From Octopus vulgaris (lineage: Eukaryota), in contig OX597823.1 of the NCBI GenBank assembly GCA_951406725.2, forward strand, positions 5,642,001-5,706,000: a DNA stretch of 64,000 nucleotides, written 5' to 3'. The notes under the pieces were generated by a model. That model was not told the origin of the DNA. It saw only the letters and a list, made by a program, of their open reading frames with translations, and searched no databases. Position numbers and translations under genes: made by a program. Shown in pieces: positions 38,555 to 51,330 of this stretch; position 1 is the first letter of the stretch; each line of letters starts with the position of its first letter.

Positions 38555-38870
38555 TTGTGTGTGTGAGTAAGTGAATGTGTGTGTGAGTGAATGAGTGTGT
38601 GAATGTTTGTGTGATTGAGTGTGTGTGAATGTGTGTGTGAATGAGTGTGTGTGTGAGAGAAAGAATGTGTATGAGTGAGTGTGCGTGTGTGTGTGAGTGA
38701 ATGAGTGTGTGAATGTTTGTGTGATTGAGTGTGTGTGTGAATGTGTGTGTGAATGAGTGTGTGTGTGTGTGTGTGAGAGAGAGAATGTGTATGAGTGAGT
38801 GAGTGTGCGTGTGTGTGTGTGTGAGTGATTGTGTGTGTGTGTGAGCGAGTGAATGTGTGTGTATACGTGA

Positions 38871-38907
<37 letters not shown>

Positions 38908-38915
38908 TGAGTGTG
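38555..38915. repeat. (GT/GA) compound microsatellite with internal duplication
   Basis: gtgagtgaatgagtgtgtgaatgtttgtgtgattgag occurs twice. Confidence 0.85.
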
Positions 38916-40559
38916 TTGTTTTGACATTGTGAAATAGTTGGTGGTGATGATGATGATGATGATGATGATTTACTGTGCTAATGAAATCTAATCGACCAAA
39001 ACATTTCCATATCTGTTGATTGTCTGCAAAGAACCAGTTTTTTTTTCTCCTTCCAGTAAAACATGTAAATTAAATTCCTAAATTCTTGAAATTAATCTTC
39101 ATTTTTCTTTGAGAGAATTATGAACAATTGCTGCCAGGTTTTCTTTTTCCGTCTCAGAAGGAAATTTCAATTTATTAAGAATTTCGTGTGTGAGAAAGAG
39201 AGAGGGAGAGGGGGAGAGATAGAGATAGAGAGAGAGAGGGGGAGAGAGAGAGAGAGAGAGAATGTGCATGCATGTGTGTGTGCACGTATGGCATTCTCTA
39301 TAATTTATCCTTTAAATTCGTTAGCTAATTTTGAATATTTCTATGGGTTGATTACATTTTTGATTATGCAGATTATAATCTTTATTCTTTTACTCTTTTC
39401 CTGGTTTCAGTCATTGGACTGTGGCCATGCTGGAGGACTGTTTCGAAAAGATCAGTCCAGTAGTTACTTTATTTGTTTTTGACTTATTCTATCAGGTCCT
39501 TTTGGTCGAACTGCTAAGTCATGGTGGTGCAAGTAAGTCAATACTGATTGTCAAGCAGCATAAGAGAAAGACCAAAACAGAGACACATACATACATACTT
39601 ACCTACATGCAAATATATGTGTGTGTGTGTGTGTGTATCATCATCATCATCATCATCGTTTAACATCCACTTTCCATGCTAGCATGGGTTGGACAATTTG
39701 ACTGAGGACTGGCAAACCAGATGGCTGCACCAGGCTTCAATCTTGATCTGGCAGAGTTTCTACAGCTGGATGCCCTTCCTAATGCCAACCACTCTGAGAG
39801 TGTAGTGGGTGCCTTTACATGCCACCAGCACGGGGCCAATCAAGCAGTAGTGGCAATGACCTTGCTTGAATCTTCTACACATGTCACCGGCACAGGTGCC
39901 AGTAAGGCGATGCTGGTAATGATCACGAATGGTGTCTTTTATGTGCCACCGGCACGGAGGCCAGATGGCTGCTCTGGCAATGATCACGCTCAGATGGTGC
40001 TCTTAATACCTTACTAGCATGGGGCTCGAGTGCCAGTAAGGCGATGCTGGTAATGATCATGCTTGAATGGTGCCATATATATATATATGTATGTGTGTGT
40101 ATAGTGTACATCCTATAAGGATCTACCTGGTTTTTGTTAAAATTGATGCACCCACAAGGCATTGGTTGGTTTGGGATTATAGCAGAAGATTCTTGCCCAA
40201 AGTGCTGCCACTGGAGTTTGAACCTGTGACTATGTGGTTGCGAAGCCAATTTGTGAGCCAAACAGTCATACCTCTGCCTATACTGGTCAAAAATGATTTA
40301 TAACTCTCCTCTAATCTGTGAAAATTTTTGTTACTGTAAACAAACTGTCGTGAGTAGAATTATACTATGCTGGTGAGGACTAATAGACTGAAACATGTCC
40401 ATTGTTATGGTACCTTGCCTGGAAACAAAGCTTAGACTTTCCTTGGTTTGCAGGCCTGTCGCTCTGAAGTGTCTACAACATGCTCAGCATCATTAAGAGT
40501 CAGTAGATAGAAGTCCATCATGTTGGATATATAATCACATTATCAATGAGACCATTGGA

Positions 40560-40813
40560 TGCTGTCACACACCACTGGTCACACTGTGCTGTCTTGATTG
40601 TGTCATTCTTTCCCAGCTTGACCAAAATTGCTGAACTAAATTGTCTTCTCATCATTGTGGAGGCCTTCCAAGTGGCCCTTTCCGGTCCCTTGGATACCAA
40701 TCAGCAACTGCACAGATCCGTCTGTTGTCTGTGAACCCTGTGACATGTCCAGTCCAGAAGAAATTGTGCTTCTAGTATTCTACAATCACATCGTTCACTC
40801 CACTCTGTTCTCC
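40560..40813 (-). mobile_element. Second RTE family, ORF C-terminal fragment
   Basis: Minus strand reads WTGHVTGFTDNRRICAVADWYPRDRKGPLGRPP, matching the W.GHV.R...W.P...R..GRP..RW motif. Confidence 0.7.
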
Positions 40814-41381
40814 AATTACATCATCATCATCAGCATCATTGTTGTCGTTTAATGTCTGCCTTCCATGGGTGGGATGGTTTCACAAGAACCAGCCAGGCAA
40901 AAGCTTGCACCAGACTTCTGTGACTATTTTAGCAGGATTTTTACAGCTGGATGCCCTTCCTAACACCAACCACTCAGCAGAGTGGACTTAGTGCTTTTCA
41001 TGTGGCACAAGCATAGGTGACGTCAGTTTCGACAAGGTTTTTACAGCTGGATGCCCTTCTGAACACCAACCACTTTACAGTGTGGACTGGGTGCTTTTAC
41101 GTGACACCTACACTGACACAGTCACCAAGTACTTGCAAGAAATTGAATAAATGACAAAGGAACAGGAAATTATGTAAAGAACTTCATTAGCTGAATGTAT
41201 ATGCATCAAAGCTTCAAAACTCGAGTGGACTTCATTTTTGAAATTCTAAGGAAGTTATAAGGTGATGCCCATGCACTTAGCTCTGAGTGCACTGCATCTT
41301 GGCACAGAAACAACTGTAAGCTGATGAAGTTCATTGCATAATTTCCTGTTGGTTTGTCATTATTCAATTTCATAAACATAA

Positions 41382-42523
41382 GAGTTTAGAGAGCTCTTAC
41401 CCCTACTGGTGACACAAGGCCTCTCGCTCAAAGTAAAAGGCAGACTGTATGATGCATGTGTACGTACAGCCATGCTACATGGTAGTGAAACTTGGGCTGT
41501 GACTGCTGAGGATTTACGTAAGCTCGCAAGAAATGAAGCTAGTATGCTCCATTGGATGTGTAATGTCAGTGTTCATAGTCGACAGAGTGTAAGTACCTTG
41601 AGAGAAAAGTTGGACCTAAGAGGCATCAGATGTTGTGTGCAAGAGAGACGATTGCGCTGGTATGGTCATGTGGCGAGAATGGATGAAGATAGGTGTGTAA
41701 AAAAGTGCCACACCCTGGCAGTTGAGGGGACCTGTGGAAGAGGTAGACCCAGGAAAACCTGGGTCGAGGTGGTGAAGCACGACCTTCGAACTCTAGGTCT
41801 CACCAAGGAAATGCTGTGCGTGAGAAGACCCGGCAGGACCAGTGAGAACAATCAAAATCAAATCATATATCCGTGTCCGCTGCCAGCCTCGTCTGGCACC
41901 CGTGTCGGTGATACGTAAAAGCACCATTTGCTCGTGGCCGTTTGCCAGCCCTGTCTGGCCCCCATGTCGGTGGCACGTAAAAGCACCATCCGTTCGTGTT
42001 CGTTGCCAGCCTCGGCTGGCCCCCGTGCCAGTGACACGTAAAAGCACCGTCCGTTTGTGGCCGTTTGCCAGCTCTGTCTGGCCCCGTGTCGGTGGCACGT
42101 AAAAGCACCTTCCGTTCGTGTTCGTTGCCAACCTTGGCTGGCCCCCGTGCCGGTGACACGTAAAAGCACCGTCCGTTTGTGGCCGTCTGCCAGCTCTGTC
42201 TGGCCCCGTGTCGGTGGCACGTAAAAGCACCATCCGTTCGTGTTCGTTGCCAGCCTCGGCTGGCCCCGTGCCAGTGACACGTAAAGCACCATCCGTTCGT
42301 GGCCGTTGTGCCAGCTCTGTCTGGCACCTGTGCAGGTGGCACGTAAAAACACCCACTACACTCGAGGAGTGGTTGGCGTTAGGAAGGGCATCCAGCTGTA
42401 GAAACACTGCCAAATCTGACTGGGCCTGATGAAGCCTTCCGGCTTCACAGACCCCAGTTAAACCGTCCAACCCATGCTAGCATGGAAAACGGACGCTAAC
42501 TGATGATGATGATGATGATGATG
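41382..42523 (+). mobile_element. 5'-truncated RTE LINE with minisatellite-containing 3' UTR and (GAT)n tail
   Basis: Contains LYDACVRTAMLHGSETW, RLRWYGHVARM and GRGRPRKTW motifs. Same family as 5682-7076. Confidence 0.92.
41870..42350 (+). repeat. GC-rich minisatellite of ~54-bp monomers alternating as an A/B dimer
   Basis: cacgtaaaagcacc recurs about every 53-56 bp, with alternating bodies. Confidence 0.9.
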
Positions 42524-44668
42524 ACATTGTGTGTGTGTGTGTGTGTATGCATGTATATAATTAAGTAGTACAAATCAAATATAAATTGTATGACACATAA
42601 TCAGCATTTAGAACTTCATGTGCAGCTTTACATATCAAAAGAGAAAACTGTAAAATGAACTTGTGTATTATAATCCAAGTTATCTTTCACTATTCTCCAT
42701 AGTTTGAAAGACCACAGCATATAGAAAAGCGAAAATTGAAGAGTTACTTCATATATTATTTAGCTGTCATCTTACATGCATTACATTAACAATAGAATCT
42801 GTTGTATGAGGAGAAGCCTTATAAACAGTTAACATCATAAACTCTTCAGAGACTCCATAACAAATGTAAGATTTGTAACAGGCATCAGTCAGTGTTGTGA
42901 CATTATTTGCTGTTTGTTGATACCTTAAAACTGTCTGATGCCGGGCTCAATCCTCCTGATCCACAACTCCCTTAAGACAACCTCCATACCCAATCTTCCA
43001 TAAATTCAATATGTCTGGCCATGGAGGAATAATATCATGCTTGGAAACAGGTGAGGTTGGCAATAGGAAAAGGTCTGGCCATAGAAAATCTGTTTCAATG
43101 AGTCCCATCTGCCCCATGCAATGATGGAGAAGCAGATGTTAAATGATGATGATGGTGGTGACTACGGTGACGGTGACGATATTGGTGGTGGTGGTGGTGG
43201 TGATGACGATGACAAGACTTTTGAATTTTGCTGAACTGATACTTTAAGAAACATTATTGTTAGAAAATAAATATTTTGCAAGTAAAAATCATTGAATTTA
43301 ATAGAATTTTTTTCCTATAACTTTGACAATTCTTCTAAAAATTGATGCAAAGAAAACACAGAATCAAACATTCCAAACTGAGAATATGATTTGAGAAAAC
43401 TGAAATTTCATAACTAGAAAGAAATATTAAAAAATTCTTTCTAAAGAATATGATCAAAAATAGTTGGAATTGTTTTTTTATGACACAGTCCTGCTAGTCT
43501 TCAAATAATCTACAATTGTGATATGATATTTTGGAATGTTATCTTCCAAATTTTTTTTATAGAATTGTCAGAAAGTTAGTCTGTTATTATATTTGTCTTG
43601 TGTTTTGTTATTTCTTTGATACTTGTAAGAATCTGTCTCTCTAAACACAGCCCCCTCTCACTCTTTCCCTCTCTCTGTGTAGTCTCCACACTTCTTTCCC
43701 CTATACCTATATCATTTTCGATGAACAAAAGAAGCATTATTATTATTCAGTAACAAACGTCACTTTCTTCTTGTGGAACTGGCTGGCAGCACAGGAGTAC
43801 AACAGCTGCTAAAATTCTCTAAATACATCTGCTCTCTTCTTCCATCTTCCCCCGCCTCCTGAAAGAAACCTGTCATATACATATATATATATAGTCGTTA
43901 TGTTCAAATTTCACTGAGGTCGACTTTGCCTGTCATCCTTTCAGGTCGATAAATTAAGTACCAGTAATCGACTTAATCCCTTTGTCTGTCCTTGTTTGTC
44001 TCCTCTGTGTTTAGCCCCTTGTGGGTAGTAAAGATATATATATATATATACTATTCCTGTATGTTATATATTTTAATAATTACTGGTATCTTTATATATT
44101 TTATATGTAAAGCATAATGTGTTATACATGTATGTATATTCTTGTAATTGTCATTTTAGTAAACAAATAAATGAATTGACATATAATGTCTAAAAGTTGA
44201 TGAATACCACCTATTGATCCCCTCCATTTTCTTTCTGTTCCCCCCTCTCTCTCTCTATATATATATACCATTATACACACACATATATATAAATGTACAT
44301 ACTATGTGTGTGTATGCATGTGTGGGGACCTAATGGTTAGAATATTGCACTCATGATCACAAGATTGTGGTTTCAATTCCCAGAATGACCGTGCATTGTG
44401 TTCTTGAGCAAAACACTTCATTTCACTTAGCTGTAAGTGTGCAACCTTGTGACAGACTGGCATTCCATTCAAGGGGAATGTTGTCCTGCCCTCTTAACCA
44501 GTAGGCATCATTTGAAAGCTACAACAATGTGTGGAAGCACATTGTGACAAGTGATATACAACAATGTTCAATAGTGTAGTTGTTGCCTGTTTTATATCAG
44601 TGACTTTTCGTCACTGGAAAAAGGATATATACATATTTGCATTGGGACCCACTTCACATCGACAACCG

Positions 44669-44727
44669 GTGATTGTCACATGCTGATGACGGGTCAATAC
44701 CCAGAAACTCGGGTCCGTGTGTATCAC
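44669..44727 (+). ncRNA. Type-I (minimal, Penelope/retrozyme-like) hammerhead ribozyme
   Basis: Stem I CACAUG/CGUGUG (extended by GUGAU/AUCAC), core CUGAUGA 44683-44689, stem II GGGU-CAAU-ACCC, GAAA 44704-44707, minimal stem III C-UCGG-G, cleavage triplet GUC 44713-44715. Confidence 0.72.
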
Positions 44728-44959
44728 GTCAGGCTGGAGATGGGAAGGACGACTTCCCTTTGCAAATACTGATAGGGCACAGAAAGTGTGTCAATAGCCA
44801 GCGGGAGGAGATGTCTTCCTGGGGCTACAAGCTACAGTTGTATCAGCCTGTAAAGGTTAGCTGGTTAGCCACATTTAAGTGGCAAATATACTTCATGATG
44901 TCATGCAGCTACAGTTTATACCTTGCTCAGAGATTTATTATTCTCTCTCTCTCTCTCTC

Positions 44960-45008
<49 letters not shown>

Positions 45009-45733
45009 TCATCATCATCATCATCTTCAGTTAATGCCCATTTTCCATGCTGGCATGAGTTGGACAGTTTGATAGGAGCTGGTCTGCCGAAGAGTTGGCC
45101 AGACTCCATGTCTGTTCTGGCATGGTTGCTATGGCTGGATGCCCTTCCTAACACCACCCACTTTACAGAGTGTACAGAGTGCTCTTAGCGCAGCACTGCA
45201 TGGCTACTTTTACATGGCACCCATATGGGTGCTTTTTATGTGGCACCAGCACCCGTGAGCCCACAAGATTAGGAATGCTCAGCAAGAGAGGGGACATGCC
45301 TGGATGCAAGGACAACCATGATTTTACTATAGATATGAAGAACAACACAAAAGGGATTTAAAACTTTTCTGCAGCTGTTTTGGTAGAACTTTATTGATGT
45401 ATTCCTAGATTACATCACAGCATAAATCCACAATCTTCAGGTAAAATTTTAAACAGGTATAAACAAGTGAGACAAAACTTTGATAATTACATATCCAACA
45501 AACAACAATTTTCTGCTCAACTTTCTCAGGCAAGGTCAATGCAACGATCACACGCTATACAGAAGCTCTTTTGCAGGAAATAATTTCCGGCATTTCTGGA
45601 CTCTTGGAGTCTCAGGACAGGAAAAAAAAAATGTTTCTCATTATATTAACATGTTAAAAACAAATATGTCACCAGTGTTGGAAAAATAAAGTCCAGAAAA
45701 GAACGCAACGGGCAGAGGAATCATGCATATGCA

Positions 45734-45764
<31 letters not shown>

Positions 45765-47278
45765 AACACACACATACTATTTATAGAAAAAGCAACCAAC
45801 ACTTGTACAGGGTATCACTTCCTAAGCCTCGATGGTAAAGTAACAGACTAACATTTATTGGTTTTTAATTAGTCTTCTCGAGGTATTTTTTCACCTAAGT
45901 GTACAACAACTGTTACGGCTGTTCTTATAAATGATGAAATATTTGGGTTTATCACATTGAGTTTATAATCTGATAGAAAAGAGGGAAGGAGTTTACTTCT
46001 GATACGTGATATGGAGGAAATATACGTGATCATACTTCGCAGCAAGTCTCCCGCTGTGGCGTGACAAATTCTCGGTTTCAATAAAGATATAAACTCTGTG
46101 CGCGCGCGCGCGTATGTGTATGTATGCGTGTGCGTGAATGTTTAGTTAAGTAAGATTCGGGGTAAAAATCTTGTAGAATAGCTCGTCCATGCATTTTACA
46201 CCTTGGATGCATGATAATGGTAACACGGATAACACAACATCTCACCAATATACTAAAGACATAAAAACGTCTCGAAACAAATGTGATTTTAAATAAAGAA
46301 TGTCGTCAGTTCCATTGTCTGTCATCTATCTATCTATATTTAGCTGGAAGGTCATGCCTCTGGCCCTTTTAATACAAATTCCTGCTTCTCATGAATCGCA
46401 AATAAAACGATGGAAATAATACCAAAAACGAGCTTTCGATTAACTGCGATGCTTTATTCTTCAGCTAAATAAAATTATACAACGAACCAGATTAGTACAT
46501 CACGAAGAAAATGTGAACTGTAGCAAATCGTTCATAATTAGCTTTTCTATCTCAGTCGAACTTGGACACATAGACTTCAACAGGTGAAAATGGAAAACTT
46601 TCTGCTATTTATTAAAAAAAAAAAAACTTGTTCAAATCAACATTTTCAGTTTGCAACATCCGGTGGTCTATTGTGCAACGCGATTTTATATGCACTTCGT
46701 ATCCTGCGTAAAACTAGACCAATCTAAATGCCTGACCTGATAAAATCTTTCCGAAAATAGTAGCTGAAAAACAGGAAAAAAACCCAAAAAAACTGAAAGC
46801 AGTAGAAATGCACGAACGATTGTGGTGGTGCCATGAAGTAAACATGCTTCAGATAAACTCGTTTATTCATACAAACGTAACTGACATGAAATATGTCATA
46901 AATAACAGTGACAAACGAAATAAACACCACCAGAAGTTGTTGTTGACAAACAACGACAGTAATTTTATTCAGCTGAATACACGTCATTGATTGGTTGAAA
47001 TTACCGAAATACTACAACTTTAACCCGAAATAACTTCGTAAATAGAAACTTTTCCTAAAAACGCCAAAAGTTAAAGATGTTTTATATGACACATTCTACC
47101 AGTGTCCGAAATTTGAAAGCGTTTAGTTACAAAAAATTAATTTCTCGATCTGCTGTTCAAAGGGAAAAGATCCTCTTCTACTATAGTAGCTTCGGGCCGA
47201 CCAAAGCCTTGTGAGTGGATTTGGTTGACGGAAACTGAAAGAAGTCCGTCGTATATATATGTGTGTGTGTGTGTGTGC

Positions 47279-47320
<42 letters not shown>

Positions 47321-47385
47321 ATATTTCCTCTCAACTTCATCTATGCTCGCTGAATGTCGACAAAAGCCTCATTGTTCGTATAGAC

Positions 47386-47641
47386 CACTGGTTCTCAACC
47401 AGTTCTTTTTGACCTATGGACGTCTTTGGTTCCCATTTTACTCCAATGGACCCTTGTAGCCATTCGATGTATTAAAAATCTTATGATATTTTTATAATTA
47501 AACATTAACAGGAATTGTATATAACATTAAAATATTTTGTGTGTTGTAGAAGTATGACCAATTTATTGCAGATAAATTTTAACAGCAAAACCTCACGTGG
47601 ACGCCAAGGGTCATAGAGATCCCGGTTGATGAGAACCTCTG
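47386..47641. mobile_element. hAT-type MITE, related to 53649-53844
   Basis: cactggttctcaacc...gagaacctctg ends and a shared internal cctatggac sequence. Confidence 0.6.
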
Positions 47642-49219
47642 ATATGGACGGGATCGTTTGTTTCCAGTTCTTCACATAATTATGTCTGGACTGTTACTTC
47701 CTTGATAGAGTGAGCGAACTTATTACTTTGCTTGGAAACAGATAAGAATTGACGTCAGTAAAAAGTTCAGGCCTTGGAAAACTCTGTCCCAACTTAAGCT
47801 CGTCTAACTCCAGCAAAGTTGGAAAAGCGGACGTTAAAACGATGATGATGGTGGTGGTGGTGGTGATGGTGGCGAAAATTGAAACTTTCTCTTTTGCTGC
47901 TTGTCAACGTTTGTCAAAACTGCCTTCAAAAATGATTGATTGGAAAAATGTCAGCAGGGGCTTTGATAAAGTTCAAGCATACAGCGTAACTGGCTCTGGT
48001 CACCATCATTAAATATGGTAATATTAAATCTACTTGCTAATTGCAAAGGGGTTTAACTTTAAACCAAAATGTTGAAAGTTCAAATCCGTCGAAACTCTCT
48101 TCAATTATGTAGTTATGCTAAAAGCAGAATGTTGGTACGGCAAAAATTTTGCAAAACTTTAGTTCTCCAAATGACAAAATATTTTATGATAGTTTTATAG
48201 CCGGTCATCATTTTTTATAACCGGTTTGGTGATTGTTTATAGCCACGTTTTGTTACCGTTTGTGTAACACTACTTTTATATGTTTACTATTTGGAATTAG
48301 ATAATAAATATATATTGGAATATATATTGATAAACCCGTCACTTATAACTTACTTATAAGTGTTATCATTATACGTAAATCCTGACTCCAGCTACATAAA
48401 CGCTATAGCGAGAAATATATACACTGAAACGCTAACGGACATTTTATGCGTGCATGTATGTTGAAGAAGAACAAATTCATGTTCTTTTAACAGCTATAAA
48501 AAAATACAGTTTCATAATTGCAGAAATAAATTTCATTAACAAGAACGTGAAGAAAGAGAAAATAATTACTACATTAGTTTATGTACATTTAGCATTTATA
48601 GTACAATTGGAAAGTAAAGTCATTTTGTTGTAGTAATTAAGTCGTAATTTTGTTGTAGAGAATTACGACTTAAAATTCACACTAGCTAATCTTTCATACT
48701 AACTACTAGAGTTCACAACAATTCAAATAAGTCTTGTTGGATTTTTAGCATAGACATGGCATAAAAAATAGCCAATATCTCAATGATAGAGTGTCGTGGA
48801 GTTTTGTAACACCCAACGAACACTGAGTAATTTCCCCCAAATCAGGGTTTTTATAACTGCTCATATCTAAATTCTAAGAACCGTATTTCGTGAGCCATTT
48901 CTTTGACGAAAGTTTAGAATTCGTATATGGGGAGTAATTTTAACCAATGGGATACCAACAATTATGCTTGTTCGGGCAAACGAACATTACGTCATATTGC
49001 TGCCCTTTATGACTGGTTTACAATAGTTACAAGAATGTAACTATTATTGTAAGATCGTATGCGTGCGCGTGATTGTTTGTCTTTTATGTCAAATTATGTA
49101 TGAAAACATTTTAGCATTAAACTAAAGGATTACTCAATACTTTTTTGTAGAATACGTGTTTATTAGACTTTTATATATGATAGTAATGTTGAAGTTTCAG
49201 CTTGGTCACCTTCGTCAGA

Positions 49220-49259
<40 letters not shown>

Positions 49260-50066
49260 ATGAAAGTATAAATGCATATTTACATATATATATGTACGTA
49301 CATACATTCATACCCATATACACAAGCTGCACGCGCACACTGAGAGACGCATGAAAAGAAAGATGTACCTGGCAAATTGCTCTTAGTTCACAGTCAACCG
49401 TCTTACAAAAAACAAAAAAAAAGAGAACACACTAGCTGATGTAGTCCTTGATATACGGCATCTTACAGAATGGAGACACGATTGTCATCAGAGGTCTGCT
49501 TGATCAAAATGCTGACCTGGAGGTAAACAACATCAACAATTAAAAGAGTTTCTGAGGCATAGTTTCACAAGTGCCCACCCCACACACACAACGATTGTTT
49601 CCGCATAAATGGATATTTTTCTAATGAAATTTTCTACAAATACGCTTCATCAGGTGTAGATTACGATTGCATCGGAATTTGTTGTGAAAAATAATTTCCG
49701 TTGGATGCGTGAAGAGAGTTTCGGAAAATTCGCGAGTAACGGATTTGTTTCTTCATAACTCAGAGAAAAAAGGGTATTTTTTGAAAGTAAAATTTTTACG
49801 AATATCTTTCGGGGTGTGTATTTTGAATACAATTTTTTAATTTTTGATTTTTTTTCAATTGTAAGTAGGCCCACATGTACTTGTAAATGTGAGTGGACAT
49901 GGGAAAAGGTGGGGCGTAAAAACTTTTGCTATGAAAAAGTGGGGCGCCGGGAAAAAAGGTTGGGAAACACTGATGTAGGGCATGCCACATACATACTGAC
50001 ATACAACACAATTTTGGGGAAATTTCAAGTTTCATTTTCTAAATATATAATGTGCGTCAGTATATA

Positions 50067-51330
50067 CGAGGGACGTTCAATAAGTAATCCCCCTGACCCA
50101 CTTGCAGTTGTTTGATCTAGCTGAAATTTTGCATGTGCAATCATTTATATCTCTATAGAGTAAGTGGTTTCTGATTTACAGGTGTTTGAACTGAGTCAAG
50201 TGTGAAATGGAGCCTGTTGAGTGTCGAGCAGTGATCCGGTTTTTGTATTTGAAAGGACGCACGCCACGGGAGACTTTTGATGAAATGAAAGTAACTTATG
50301 GTGATGATGCCCCATCATATGACCTTGTAAAACGCTGGCATCGCGAATTCAAACATGGTCGGAACTCTGTGGAAACAGCTCCCAGATCTGGTCGCCCCCT
50401 TCTGCCATTGATGAGGCATCTGTCCGTCAAGTTGAGGCTGCCATTTTGGAAGATCGACGCATAATTATTCGCCAAATAGCCCATGAGGTCAAGATTAGTA
50501 CCGGGTCTGTGGAAACTATCATTCATGACCATTTGCATATGCAAAAGGTGTCTGCCAGATGGATTCCCAGGTTGCTCACGCCTTTCCAGAAGCAAGAACG
50601 CGTCGAGTGCTCGAGGGTGAATTTGGAGATGTGCCAAGAAGATGAGTCAACATTTTTCAAAAGACTGATTACACAGGATGAAACCTGGGTCCATCACGAT
50701 GATCCAGAGACCAAAGCCCAGTCAATGCAGTGGAAGCACCGTGACTCACCCCCTCCAAAGAAGGCAAGGGTGCAGCCCTCCGCTGGCAAGGTCATGCTCA
50801 CAGTCTTCTGGGACCAGGACGGAGTAGTGATGACAGATTTCCTGGCAAAGGGTACCACAATTGCAGGAGCCTATTATGCTTCACTTTTGAGGAAATTAAG
50901 AGAAGTTATCAAAATCAAGAGGCGGGGCAAGATCAGGAAAGGCATCCTCCTCCTGCAGGACAACGCTCCGGTCCACAACTCGCTTGTCGCCAGATCAGAA
51001 GCACAGGTATATGGCTATGAACTCCTCCCCATCCCCCCTACTTTTATGACCTTGCACCCTCTGATTTTCACCTCTTCCCAATCATGAAGTTGTTTTTGAA
51101 AGGAAAGCGTTTCCCAGATGATGCAGCCTTGATTTCTGAAGTCACGTTGAGGTTGGAGGACCAAGCTGGGTTCTTCTACAAAAACGGTCTCTAGAGCCGC
51201 ATCAAACGATGGGAGAAATGCGTAACTCTGGGTGGTTCCTATGTAGAAAAAGACTAATAACGGTGCCAAGTTTCGTTGCTCTACTGCTATGGGAAGTGGG
51301 TCTGGGGCATTACTTATTGAACGCCCCTCG
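50067..51330 (+). mobile_element. Full-length mariner (D,D34D) transposon, 1264 bp, with TA target-site duplication
   Basis: TA|cgagggacgttcaataagtaatcccc...ggggcattacttattgaacgcccctcg|TA inverted termini. Confidence 0.96.
50207..51257 (+). pseudogene. Mariner transposase with two frameshifts and one premature stop
   Basis: HTH N-terminus, WIPRLL, TQDETWV, LLQDNAPVH, PY..DLAPSDFHLF and RWEKCV...YVE motifs. Frameshifts near 50400 and 51030, TAG at 51191. Confidence 0.93.

Noticed and set aside
41793-42470. 225-aa repetitive ORF and CRISPR-like periodicity
   Set aside because: This is a minisatellite in a LINE 3' UTR. The inter-repeat segments are themselves repeated, there are no cas genes, and the context is eukaryotic.
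44610-44850. Minus-strand frame ending VTITGCRCEV (cystine-knot/IL-17-like) with an in-frame TGA
   Set aside because: Upstream cysteine spacing does not fit and the frame is interrupted. The hammerhead on the plus strand explains the region better.
45931-45973. ATGATGA...CTGA C/D-box pair
   Set aside because: Too short for a snoRNA, with no convincing terminal stem.
49180-49215. Minus-strand CTGACGA...GAAAC hammerhead-like string
   Set aside because: Stem II is mismatched and there is no stem I or stem III pairing.
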